From Algoriphagus sp. (lineage in GTDB: Bacteria; Bacteroidota; Bacteroidia; Cytophagales; Cyclobacteriaceae), in the NCBI RefSeq assembly GCF_039969895.1, contig NZ_JBDVMZ010000008.1, forward strand, positions 66,262 to 130,261: 64,000 bases of DNA. The letters run 5' to 3'. Made by a program: the position numbers and the translations under genes. The notes under the pieces are model-generated. The model was not told the DNA's origin. It saw only the letters and a list, made by a program, of their open reading frames with translations, and made no database searches. Of this stretch, positions 1 through 8,763 are shown in pieces (position 1 is the stretch's first letter; every line of letters begins with the position of its first letter).

Positions 1-1
1 C

Positions 2-67
2 GAACTAGTCTGTATTGAGCTTGCAAATGATGATTTTGAAACCTGTAAAACTTACGAGGTACTATGA
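2..67 (+). CDS. 3' end of a gene entering the window (...ELVCIELANDDFETCKTYEVL*)
   Basis: Open frame from base 2 to TGA 65-67, which overlaps the ATG (64-66) of the next ORF (ATGA coupling). Confidence 0.45.
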   Translation, partial: ELVCIELANDDFETCKTYEVL

Positions 68-306
68 AAAATATAAAACGATTAGAACAGTTTTCGATAG
101 TAATAGCTGTTGCGGTGATCTTTTGTGCATTGATAATAAGGTCTATTCCTATTGCATTATGCATCTTGTTTTTTGGAGTTTTAATCCAAGGCTATATTTA
201 CTTTTTGTACCAAAAAGAGAATATGGGGACAAAGTTTCTAAGAAGTAAAATTGGACCTTTAATTGTTGGGGTTTGTTTTATTATATTCTTCTTGATAAAA
301 GATTGA
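64..306 (+). CDS. Small hypothetical membrane protein (80 aa, about 3 TM segments)
   Basis: ATG start coupled to upstream stop; three hydrophobic stretches separated by basic residues; AT-rich. Confidence 0.7.
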   Translation: MKNIKRLEQFSIVIAVAVIFCALIIRSIPIALCILFFGVLIQGYIYFLYQKENMGTKFLRSKIGPLIVGVCFIIFFLIKD

Positions 307-461
307 TTTATTAAATAATGAGCAACCGAATAAGAAAAGATCAAGATTGCTAAGCAGTCATTTGATTTAGCACTTTTCTCCCAAGGCTTGCTTACAGGTA
401 AAGATTTTACTGTTTGTTAAGAAGGATGGGGTTGCTTACATAGGGGTTGACCCTTGGGGGT

Positions 462-783
462 TTCCAAAACCTCAAAAGTTAAATACGCTGCGCCGTCGCG
501 TCGCCGCGAGAAACAAATTATCAGAATCTAAAACCTTCGAGGTTCGAAAAAAACATCAAAGGTTAAATACGTTGCGCCGCCGTGGGAAACAAACCTTCAG
601 AATTCAAAACCTTTGAGGAGGTCCTGAAGTCTTCTACGTTCGGGATAACCTACCTACGACAGGCAGGCACTTCAAATGTTAATCCGCTTCGCTGCGCCGC
701 CGCGCCGTTGCGGGAGGCTTTACTCCAAAACCTTCGAGGTCTGAAAAAGACCTCAAAGGTTACCTGCCTGCAACAACCCCAGC
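462..783. repeat. Mosaic of REP-like palindromic and short GC-rich repeats
   Basis: AAAACCTTCGAGG-type motif recurs near 466, 531, 607 and 727. Hairpin AACCTTCGAGGTC-N7-GACCTCAAAGGTT at 729-761. (T/C)TGCGCCGCCG blocks occur three times. CCTACCTACGACAGGCAGG palindrome-like block near 649-668. Confidence 0.65.
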
Positions 784-1562
784 TTCCTGTTAATCTCCGA
801 GATCTCTATCCCCACTTGCTGCAGCGTCAGCGGCTCCTGCGGGAATTCATCACTCATATAGTATTCAAATTTCCAGATCTCCCGAATTTCCTCTGCCGGC
901 ACTTCATAAGGCGTGTAAATAGGATTCAGCGAGCGTAGCAAAAAGCTTCTCTCCTCGGCCTGAAAACTCAGCATCTTAAAACTCAGCCCTTCACTTGCCG
1001 TCACCACCACGCAGGGAGTCTCTTTGGCAAGTCGCCACTCGGATAAATAAGACCCGATCACATAGGCTCCATCCGCGATTGGCAGCATGCTGTCTCCCTC
1101 CGTTTGGAACATGCGGTACTTTTTATCCTTGGGTAAATTGGGAAGTGAAAATACAGGCAGCGTGCTCAGATACTCCGGATCTCCAAAACCTCCCAGATAT
1201 CCAGCTTTCGCCTTAATCGGCACCAGCTCGATATTGTCCTCATTACTTGAGCTCACCGTCGTAGCGAGGATCCGAACTTTCGACCCGCTCAGAAAAACGT
1301 CATTCCCAGCCTCCAGATCAGCAATTTTCAGTTCGCTGAGTTTGGACAGATCCACCCGAAGCAGCGTATCCACACTCATCCTGAAGTAATCCGCACACAG
1401 CAGCAAATCCTCAATTGCCGGCGATTTGCTATGTCCATTTTCATGTGCATTCAACTTGGCGCGCGTCATGCCAAGATTTTCGGCCAGCATGTCCTGACTC
1501 AATTTGCGTCGTTTTCTGAGAAATTTCAGATTAGTAGACCAGAAAAAGCTTTGAGATCCCAT
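753..1562 (-). CDS. XRE-family HTH + peptidase S24 (LexA/CI-like autocleaving repressor)
   Basis: N-terminal NLKFLRKRRKLSQDMLAENLG HTH; Ala-Gly cleavage site (KAKAGY); GDSM catalytic Ser and SFK Lys. ATG 1562 preferred over TTG 1577. Confidence 0.9.
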   Translation of the reverse strand: MGSQSFFWSTNLKFLRKRRKLSQDMLAENLGMTRAKLNAHENGHSKSPAIEDLLLCADYFRMSVDTLLRVDLSKLSELKIADLEAGNDVFLSGSKVRILATTVSSSNEDNIELVPIKAKAGYLGGFGDPEYLSTLPVFSLPNLPKDKKYRMFQTEGDSMLPIADGAYVIGSYLSEWRLAKETPCVVVTASEGLSFKMLSFQAEERSFLLRSLNPIYTPYEVPAEEIREIWKFEYYMSDEFPQEPLTLQQVGIEISEINRKLGLLQAGNL

Positions 1563-1569
1563 TTTTAAT

Positions 1570-1615
1570 TGATACAATTAGTGACAGTAAAATGATATTA
1601 ATAGTATCAAATATA
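1570..1615. promoter_or_regulatory. Divergent promoter with two candidate operator boxes
   Basis: TGATA-caattag-TGACA (1570-1586) and TGATA-ttaatag-TATCA (1593-1609). Minus-strand TATATTTG (1608-1615) matches the Bacteroidota -7 element TAnnTTTG. Confidence 0.45.
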
Positions 1616-1631
1616 GGAAAGAATCTGAGAA

Positions 1632-2780
1632 ATGGAAAGGCATATCGTGCATTTGGATTTGGACACGTTTTTTGTGTCCGTGGAGCGGTTGAAAAATACT
1701 GCCTTGTTGGGAAAGCCGGTGATCATCGGCGGAAGTTCCGACCGTGGGGTGGTAGCTTCCTGCAGTTACGAAGCGCGGAAATTCGGCGTGCATTCTGCCA
1801 TGCCGATGAAACTGGCGCGGCGACTTTGCCCTTCGGCCTTTTACGTCAAAGGGGATTTTGATAGCTACAGCAAAAGTTCGCGGCTGGTCACCGAGGTGAT
1901 TCAGGAGCAAGTTCCACTGATGGAAAAAGCCTCCATAGATGAGTTTTACATTGATATGACGGGAATGGATCGCTTTTTTGGCTGTGAGAAATTCACCAAA
2001 GAACTGCGGGAAAAGATCGTCCGGGAGTCGGGCTTGCCGATTTCCTGTGCTTTGGCAGTGAACAAACTCGTCTCCAAAGTGGCCACCCATGATGCCAAAC
2101 CAAACGGGCAGACGACCATCCCCTTTGGCACAGAGAAACCTTACCTCGCACCTCTTCCTATCAGACGCATGCCCGGCATAGGAGAAAAGACCTCCACGCT
2201 GCTGGAGCGGATGGGGGTGGAGAATATTCGCCTACTCAGTGAGATCCCTCCCCGGATGATGCAGAATCTACTCGGTAAGTGGGGAATAGACCTTTCCCGT
2301 AAAGCCAATGGAATCGACGAGTCTCCTGTCATCCCCTATACCGAGCAGAAGAGTATAGGCACGGAAAATACCTTCGAATCCGATACCATAGACATGAAAT
2401 TTCTACATAGCCAGCTCGTGCGGATGACGGAGAAGGTAGGCTTCGAACTGCGTCAGAAAAACAAGCTCTGCGGCTGCATTACGGTGAAGCTGCGCTATGC
2501 CAATTTCGACACCGTCAGTCGTCAGTGCGTGATCTCTTACACCAGTTCGGACGAAATCCTACTCCAGCGGGCTAAGGAGCTTTTTGCGAAGCTCTATGAA
2601 AAGCGGATGCTCGTGCGCCTCATCGGCGTGAAAGTCAGCCATCTCGTGCAGGGCAATCAGCAGATCGACCTTTTCCAGGACACAGAGCAAGGAGTGAGTC
2701 TGTACCAAGCCATAGACCGAATCAAAAACCGCTACGGAGAGAATAGTCTCACCCGTGCTATCACCCTTACTCCCGCTTAG
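1632..2780 (+). CDS. dinB: Y-family DNA polymerase IV
   Basis: DLDTFFVSVE, SYEARKFG, SIDEFYID and PGIGEKT motifs. Confidence 0.95.
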   Translation: MERHIVHLDLDTFFVSVERLKNTALLGKPVIIGGSSDRGVVASCSYEARKFGVHSAMPMKLARRLCPSAFYVKGDFDSYSKSSRLVTEVIQEQVPLMEKASIDEFYIDMTGMDRFFGCEKFTKELREKIVRESGLPISCALAVNKLVSKVATHDAKPNGQTTIPFGTEKPYLAPLPIRRMPGIGEKTSTLLERMGVENIRLLSEIPPRMMQNLLGKWGIDLSRKANGIDESPVIPYTEQKSIGTENTFESDTIDMKFLHSQLVRMTEKVGFELRQKNKLCGCITVKLRYANFDTVSRQCVISYTSSDEILLQRAKELFAKLYEKRMLVRLIGVKVSHLVQGNQQIDLFQDTEQGVSLYQAIDRIKNRYGENSLTRAITLTPA

Positions 2781-2781
2781 T

Positions 2782-5745
2782 ATGTTTATCAATTGCAAAA
2801 CATGGTTTAGCTACCGGTATGGAACCTACAGCACCGAGGCGCTGGTGGATGCCGCAGCCGAGCAAGGGCTCAGTTCTCTTGGGCTCTGCAATATCAATAG
2901 CACGGCGGACTGCTGGGACTTTGTGGATTTCTGTAGGGAAAAAAACATCAAGCCTCTCATCGGTGCAGAGATCCGAAATGAGGATTCTCTCTGCTACACC
3001 TTACTGGCCAGAAGTGATGCCGGACTGCTGGAGATCAACCGCTTTCTTTCTGAGCATTTACAGGAAAAAAAGGCGTTTCCTGAGCGACCGACTTGCTTTT
3101 CGGAGGTTTTGATTATCTATCCTTTTGGGAGTTTTGCTGCGCAAAGCTTAAAAGAACATGAGTTCATCGGCATCTTAGCAACTGAGCTAAATCGTGTCAA
3201 AAAGCAGGAGGTAGAAGCTTTTCCCAAGAAATGGATCATCCGCCATCCCGTCACTTTTCAAAACAAAACCTACTTCAACGTCCACCGCCTGCTGCGCGCC
3301 ATTGGCAAGAATACGCTGATCAGTAAGTTGGGGGAAAAAGACTTCGCAGCTCCGGACGAGATGTTTATCCCGGAAGCGGCGCTGATGAGTGCTTTCCGGA
3401 ATTTTCCCGGCATGATCAGCAACACACTTCAGCTGATAGATAGCTGTGACATAAAGACTAAACTCCATACGGATAAAAATAAAAAGCATTACAGCGCGAG
3501 TAAGGAAGACGATCGGGTCCTGCTGGAGAAACTTGCCATGGAAGGTTTGCTCTATCGCTACGGAAATAATCCTGTGGCCAAAGCCCGGGTGATCAAAGAA
3601 CTGAAGATCATCGATCAACTGAATTTCAACGCCTACTTTCTCATCGTCTGGGATGTAGTCCGCTATGCCCAAAACCGTGGTTTTTACTACGTGGGCCGAG
3701 GCAGCGGTGCCAATTCCATCGTGGCCTATTGCCTGAAAATAACCGATGTGGACCCTATCAAACTTGATTTGTACTTCGAGCGATTTCTCAACCCCCACCG
3801 AACTTCCCCTCCGGATTTTGACATGGACTTCTCCTGGAAAGACCGAGATGAGGTCATCGATTATATTTTCAAGCGCTACGGCAAAGACCATGTGTCTCTA
3901 CTCGGAATGTACAGTACCTTCCAACGGCGAGCAGTCATCCGTGAACTGGGGAAAGTTTTTGGCCTCCCAAAAGAAGAAATCGACCAACTCGTGCGCGGCA
4001 AAGATCAGCCCATGAACGAGGATAAAATCCAGCGCACCATTCTGAAATACGGACAACTGCTGGAGAATTTTCCCAATCACCAATCCATCCACCCTGGAGG
4101 AATGCTGATTTCCGAAAAACCGATCTATCAGTACACCGTCAATGAGATGCCTCCCAAGGGTTTTTGCACGGCACAGATCGACATGTTTCTGGCGGAAAAA
4201 ATCGGCCTGTTCAAATTGGATATTCTCAGCCAGCGCGGGCTTGGGCATATCAAGGAAGCGATCCGACTGGTGAAGCAAAACAAGGGAATCGATATAGACA
4301 TTCACCGAGTAGAGGAATTTATGAGTGATCCCAAGGTTGCCAGCCAGATCCGAAAAGCGGACACCATAGGTTGCTTTTACATAGAAAGTCCCGCCATGCG
4401 GCAGCTCCTCACCAAACTCAAATGCGACGACTACCTCCGGCTAGTGGCGGCGAGTTCCATCATTCGCCCGGGCGTGTCACAGTCAGGCATGATGAAGCAG
4501 TACATCGAGCGCTTCCACGATCCGAAAAAAATCGTCTATCTCCACCCCAAGATGAAGGAGCTATTGGAGGAAACTTACGGTGTGATGGTCTATCAAGAGG
4601 ACGTGATCAAAGTTGCGCATCACTTTGCCGGCTTGGACATGGGCGAGGCGGATATCCTGCGCCGGGCCATGTCCGGCAAGTATAGATCGCACAATCAATT
4701 CAATGTGATCAGAGAAAAGTTCTTCGCCAACTGCAAAGCCCTTGGGCATGAGGATAGCGTGGCAGCGGAAGTCTGGAGGCAGATCGAGTCCTTCGGTGGG
4801 TATTCCTTTTCCAAGGCGCACTCAGCTTCCTTTGCGGTGGAAAGCTATCAGAGTCTGTACCTGAAGACCTACTTCCCCATGGAATTTATGGTTGCCGTGA
4901 TTAATAATTTCGGAGGGTTTTACAGCACAGAGTTCTATTTCCATGAGCTCAAGCGCACGGGAGCCAAAGTAAATCCGCCCTGTGTCAATCGCAGCGAATA
5001 CCTCACCAACATCAGTGGAGAGGACGTTTTTGTAGGTTTGATCCATATACAGCAGTTGGAGAAGAAGCTCTGTGATTTCATTCTCGAGGAAAGGCAAGCC
5101 AATGGCGCTTACCTGAGTTTGGAGGATTTCATCGAGCGCACACATGCCGGACCTGAGCAACTGAACATTCTGATCAGCGTAGGAGCATTTGGATTTACGG
5201 GTTTGGGAAAAAAGAAACTGCTCTGGAAAGCCAACTTCGCCCAAAAGAGACTGACTGCTATTCCGGATTCTCCAGCCCTTTTCAGAGAACCTGCAATGGA
5301 CTTCACGCTACCGGATTTCCCGGATTATCCACTGGAAGATGCGCTGGACGAGATCAATGTGTTGGGCTTTGCGCTGACGGATATGTTCCGGCTTTGTGCG
5401 CATGACGGCAAAGGAACCGTCTTCGCCGAGCAGCTTCCAAGCTTGCTGGGAAAAAATGTAGAGGTACTTGGACAGTTGGTCGTGACCAAAGACGTGCGCA
5501 CGATCAACCGGGAGCACATGGCTTTCGGGACTTTTCTTGATCCAAAAGGTGACTGGCTGGACACGGTTCACTTCCCTCCTTCGCTGAAACGATTTCCATT
5601 TCAGGGCAAGGGCTTTTACAAATTGCGTGGAAAAGTGGTTATTGAGTTTGGCGCTTACGCTGTAGAGGTACAGGGCATGTGGAAAGTGGGGCTTAGGGGG
5701 AAGAGGGAGGTGGTGAAGACCGCTGACGAACTTGTTATTTCGTAG
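2782..5745 (+). CDS. dnaE2: DNA polymerase III alpha subunit, error-prone DnaE2-like copy
   Basis: GRGSGANS, RTSPPDFDMDF, HPGG, YQED and FSKAHSASF motifs; PHP N-terminus; ends at the OB fold. ATG 2782 lies 1 nt after the dinB stop. Confidence 0.92.
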   Translation: MFINCKTWFSYRYGTYSTEALVDAAAEQGLSSLGLCNINSTADCWDFVDFCREKNIKPLIGAEIRNEDSLCYTLLARSDAGLLEINRFLSEHLQEKKAFPERPTCFSEVLIIYPFGSFAAQSLKEHEFIGILATELNRVKKQEVEAFPKKWIIRHPVTFQNKTYFNVHRLLRAIGKNTLISKLGEKDFAAPDEMFIPEAALMSAFRNFPGMISNTLQLIDSCDIKTKLHTDKNKKHYSASKEDDRVLLEKLAMEGLLYRYGNNPVAKARVIKELKIIDQLNFNAYFLIVWDVVRYAQNRGFYYVGRGSGANSIVAYCLKITDVDPIKLDLYFERFLNPHRTSPPDFDMDFSWKDRDEVIDYIFKRYGKDHVSLLGMYSTFQRRAVIRELGKVFGLPKEEIDQLVRGKDQPMNEDKIQRTILKYGQLLENFPNHQSIHPGGMLISEKPIYQYTVNEMPPKGFCTAQIDMFLAEKIGLFKLDILSQRGLGHIKEAIRLVKQNKGIDIDIHRVEEFMSDPKVASQIRKADTIGCFYIESPAMRQLLTKLKCDDYLRLVAASSIIRPGVSQSGMMKQYIERFHDPKKIVYLHPKMKELLEETYGVMVYQEDVIKVAHHFAGLDMGEADILRRAMSGKYRSHNQFNVIREKFFANCKALGHEDSVAAEVWRQIESFGGYSFSKAHSASFAVESYQSLYLKTYFPMEFMVAVINNFGGFYSTEFYFHELKRTGAKVNPPCVNRSEYLTNISGEDVFVGLIHIQQLEKKLCDFILEERQANGAYLSLEDFIERTHAGPEQLNILISVGAFGFTGLGKKKLLWKANFAQKRLTAIPDSPALFREPAMDFTLPDFPDYPLEDALDEINVLGFALTDMFRLCAHDGKGTVFAEQLPSLLGKNVEVLGQLVVTKDVRTINREHMAFGTFLDPKGDWLDTVHFPPSLKRFPFQGKGFYKLRGKVVIEFGAYAVEVQGMWKVGLRGKREVVKTADELVIS

Positions 5746-5802
5746 ATCATTTTCATAAAATGAACTTCGTAAACGAAATGGAAATAAGAACTCTTAACAA
5801 AA

Positions 5803-5852
5803 TGCAGTCAGGAGACTGCAATATCTTAGGTTCAATTCAGGAGACTTGAACC
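5803..5852. repeat. Twin hairpins sharing a CAGGAGAC core
   Basis: TGCAGTC-AGGA-GACTGCA (5803-5820) and GGTTCAA-TTCAGGAGAC-TTGAACC (5829-5852), between convergent genes. Confidence 0.55.
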
Positions 5853-5868
5853 ACAGCTAAAGTATATA

Positions 5869-7278
5869 TCACCTCACCCGCTCCTTAATCCACTCCAACA
5901 CCACTTCCATCGCTTTTGGAGAGAAGGTCTGCTCTATCTCAGCATACTCGCTTGGTGCGCCAGTTTTAGCTTCTTGGAATAGGTGGTTCAAACCTGGCAA
6001 TTCCATTGTCGTCACTTTGGTGTTTCCGCCTTTTGCTAAGGCAGCTTTTATCGCTTCCAAGTTCTCTTTTGCTGGGACTTGGAGGTCCTTTTCTCCGTTG
6101 ATCGCCAATACAGGACAACTCACTTTCTCCAAGGCTGGAGCTGGATCGTACTTGATGAAATACTGCATCCACGGGGTAGCCAGCGAAGCCATCTGAGCCA
6201 TTTGCTCGTCGACAAATTTCCCCTCCGTCATCCCGCTAGGCAAATTGGCTGTTGGGATATTTCTATACGTCTGAGCCATGTAATTTCGCAGGTCTCCCTT
6301 CAACTCTTCTGTTCCCTGATCTTTGAGCACGATATCGAAGATGCCTCGGTTGAGCATCGCGCTTTCTTCCAACTGATTAGGACTCATGCCTGATACTTCT
6401 CCGATCAGTCTTTGCTGAGCGAGAAGCAATTCATCTCCGCGAATCCCTGTTCCTGCCAGCAGCACAAGAAAGTCAATGTCATCTGAACCACCAGCTACCA
6501 TCGGCGCGATGATTCCTCCTTCGCTATGACCTATCAGACCGATTTTACTTTTGTCGATCTCAGGTCTAGCCTGCAAGTACTGCACTGCCGAAGCTACATC
6601 CGTAGCAAAGTCAACCGAAGTAGCCGCAGCAAAATTTCCTGTAGAAGCTGCCGTTCCCCGATCATCAAAGCGCAAGACTGCAATCCCATTTTTGGTGAGG
6701 TAATCCGACAAGACCAGAAATGGTTTGTGCCCCATCAATTCCTCGTCGCGATTCTGTGGACCAGATCCAGAGATCAGCACTACCGCCGGGTAAGTCCCTT
6801 CCTTTTCGGGCATGGTGAGCGTCCCTGCAAGTAAAATTTCCGCTTGACTATTTTCAAAAATCACATCTTCCGAACGATAAGGAAAAGGCTTTTTAGGTTC
6901 CTGAGGTCTATTTGAACCCAGTTTTGCTATCTCCTTTCTCGATAAGTTCATAGGGAAAGATTGTCCTCCTTGATTGAAAACTCCGATGATGATGTTGTCC
7001 TCTCCCAGCGTTCCTTCGTAGGTGATATTTGCGTTGGTGATCGCGACTTTCAACTTATCATCTTCAAAACTCGCCGCAGTTGCTGGAATCCCGAATGCTC
7101 CCTGATCTGGGCTATCCATGGTGGCACTGTAACCAGTTTCGGATTTCTTGATATTGAATACCAACCTCAGTTGCACTCCGGTTACTTTCAAGACGCCATT
7201 CCATTGACCGGTGATATCTTGGGCGAAAGATGCTAGGGTGAAAAGAAATGCGAGGAGAAATAATGGGAAGATTTTCAT
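5869..7278 (-). CDS. Secreted alpha/beta-fold hydrolase (S9-like peptidase/esterase)
   Basis: Signal peptide MKIFPLFLLAFLFTLASFAQ; SGSGPQNRDE, GHSEGG nucleophile elbow, GEKDLQV Asp, GLNHLFQ His. Start moved to ATG 7278. Confidence 0.88.
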   Translation of the reverse strand: MKIFPLFLLAFLFTLASFAQDITGQWNGVLKVTGVQLRLVFNIKKSETGYSATMDSPDQGAFGIPATAASFEDDKLKVAITNANITYEGTLGEDNIIIGVFNQGGQSFPMNLSRKEIAKLGSNRPQEPKKPFPYRSEDVIFENSQAEILLAGTLTMPEKEGTYPAVVLISGSGPQNRDEELMGHKPFLVLSDYLTKNGIAVLRFDDRGTAASTGNFAAATSVDFATDVASAVQYLQARPEIDKSKIGLIGHSEGGIIAPMVAGGSDDIDFLVLLAGTGIRGDELLLAQQRLIGEVSGMSPNQLEESAMLNRGIFDIVLKDQGTEELKGDLRNYMAQTYRNIPTANLPSGMTEGKFVDEQMAQMASLATPWMQYFIKYDPAPALEKVSCPVLAINGEKDLQVPAKENLEAIKAALAKGGNTKVTTMELPGLNHLFQEAKTGAPSEYAEIEQTFSPKAMEVVLEWIKERVR

Positions 7279-7556
7279 GGGAATTGGAAATAATGTGGCT
7301 TTTCTATCGACTAAAGAAAAGTAAAAGAAACTAGTTGCCAAAATAGAGTCATGAATACTCAGCTCAATGTATTACTGCTAAGACGAAATGATTGCTATTT
7401 GAGGAAATTCTATTTGTGGCGAATTCGTCATAGTTAAAATCTGAATTTTGAACTGACATTCAAATGTCAAAACTCAACCATTTTACTAATAGTGGAATAA
7501 ATAGACATACTCTGATAATGGAAAAGTTCTTCATAAAATGGAAATCCGAAGGACAA

Positions 7557-8614
7557 AGTTTCGCCCCATTCGGGGCTCTAAAAAAAATCAAGGTTTACCT
7601 TACCCCGCACTGCGTACGGGGTCATGAATCGTGACGCTCCTTCGGAGCTATACTTTGGCAATGGAAGAAATGGATTTAAAACCATTTGCCTCTGATAGTG
7701 ATGCTTTTTTTAATTCCGTATTCTCATCGCAGCATTTGCAAAACCATTTAAAATATAGCCGTCATGATAAGAGTTTTCCGAAAAGATCCGAAGGATTGAA
7801 ACCATTCATGACCCTCGGCGAAGCCGGGGGTAATCATAATATAATGTATATGGAAGCCCCGAATGGGGCGAAACTACAACGTATCACCCGTTCTGGCCTC
7901 TTTAAAACTAAGCATTCACCTGCTCAGTACTTTCTACACAGTCATGAAGCGTGACGCTCCTTCGGAGCTATGCTTTGGCAATGGAAGAAATGGATTTACG
8001 ACCAATTGCCTCTGATAGTGATGCTTTTTTTAATTCCGTATTCCCATCGCAGGATTTGCAAAACCATTTAAAATATAGCCGTCATGATAAGCGTTTTCCG
8101 AAAAGATCCGAAGGATTGAAACCATTCATGACCCTCGGCGAAGCCGGGGGTAATCAGAACATAATAGGTGTGTGGAAGCCCCGAATGGGGCGAAACTACA
8201 ACGTGTCACCCGTTCTGGCCTCTTTAAAACTAAGCATTCTCCTGCTCGGTACTTACTACAGAGTCATAAATCGTGACCCTCCTTCGGAGCTATACTTTGG
8301 CAATGGAAGAAATGGATTTAAAACCAATTGCCTCTGATAGTGATGCTTTTTTTAATTCCGTATTCCCAACGCAGCATTTGCAAAACCATTTAAAATATAG
8401 CCGTCATGATAAGAGTTTTCCGAAAAGATCCGGAGGATTGAAATTATTCATGACCCTCGGCAAAGCCGGGGGTAATCAGAACATAATATGTATATGGAAG
8501 CCCCGAATGGGGCGAAACTTCACCGTATCACCCGTTCTGGCCTCTTTAAAACTAAGCATTCTCCTGCTCAGAACTTACTACACAGTCATGAAGCGTGACG
8601 CTCCTTCAGAGCTA
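7557..8614. repeat. Tandem array of three 320-322 bp hairpin-rich units plus a partial fourth, with an inverted 93-bp module at the left edge
   Basis: Units start at 7621, 7941, 8263 and 8585 (GTCAT(G/A)AA). About 20 differences between units 1 and 2 by hand count. Segment 7557-7649 is an imperfect inverted copy of 7784-7875. Confidence 0.95.
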
Positions 8615-8763
8615 GTCTTACGGTTAAAATCAGACACCTAATTTATCTACCCGTTCAATAACCGCTTCTATTACTCTCGCAATCAAAGACAACCATTGCC
8701 TCCCTCATTCTAATTCCCTATTTTCCATCATACAATTAGCAAACCCATCCAAATCCCAACTCA

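Noticed and set aside
582-938. 118-aa plus-strand ORF
   Set aside because: Runs across the palindrome mosaic and antisense into the repressor gene; no domain signal.
7621-8614. CRISPR array
   Set aside because: Units are about 322 bp and similar along their whole length; there are no unique spacers and no cas genes.
7631-8641. ORFs 7631-7954, 7951-8337 and 8273-8641 as repeated proteins
   Set aside because: They arise from the repeat itself; a 2-bp indel changes the C-terminal frame between copies, and no protein family is recognisable.
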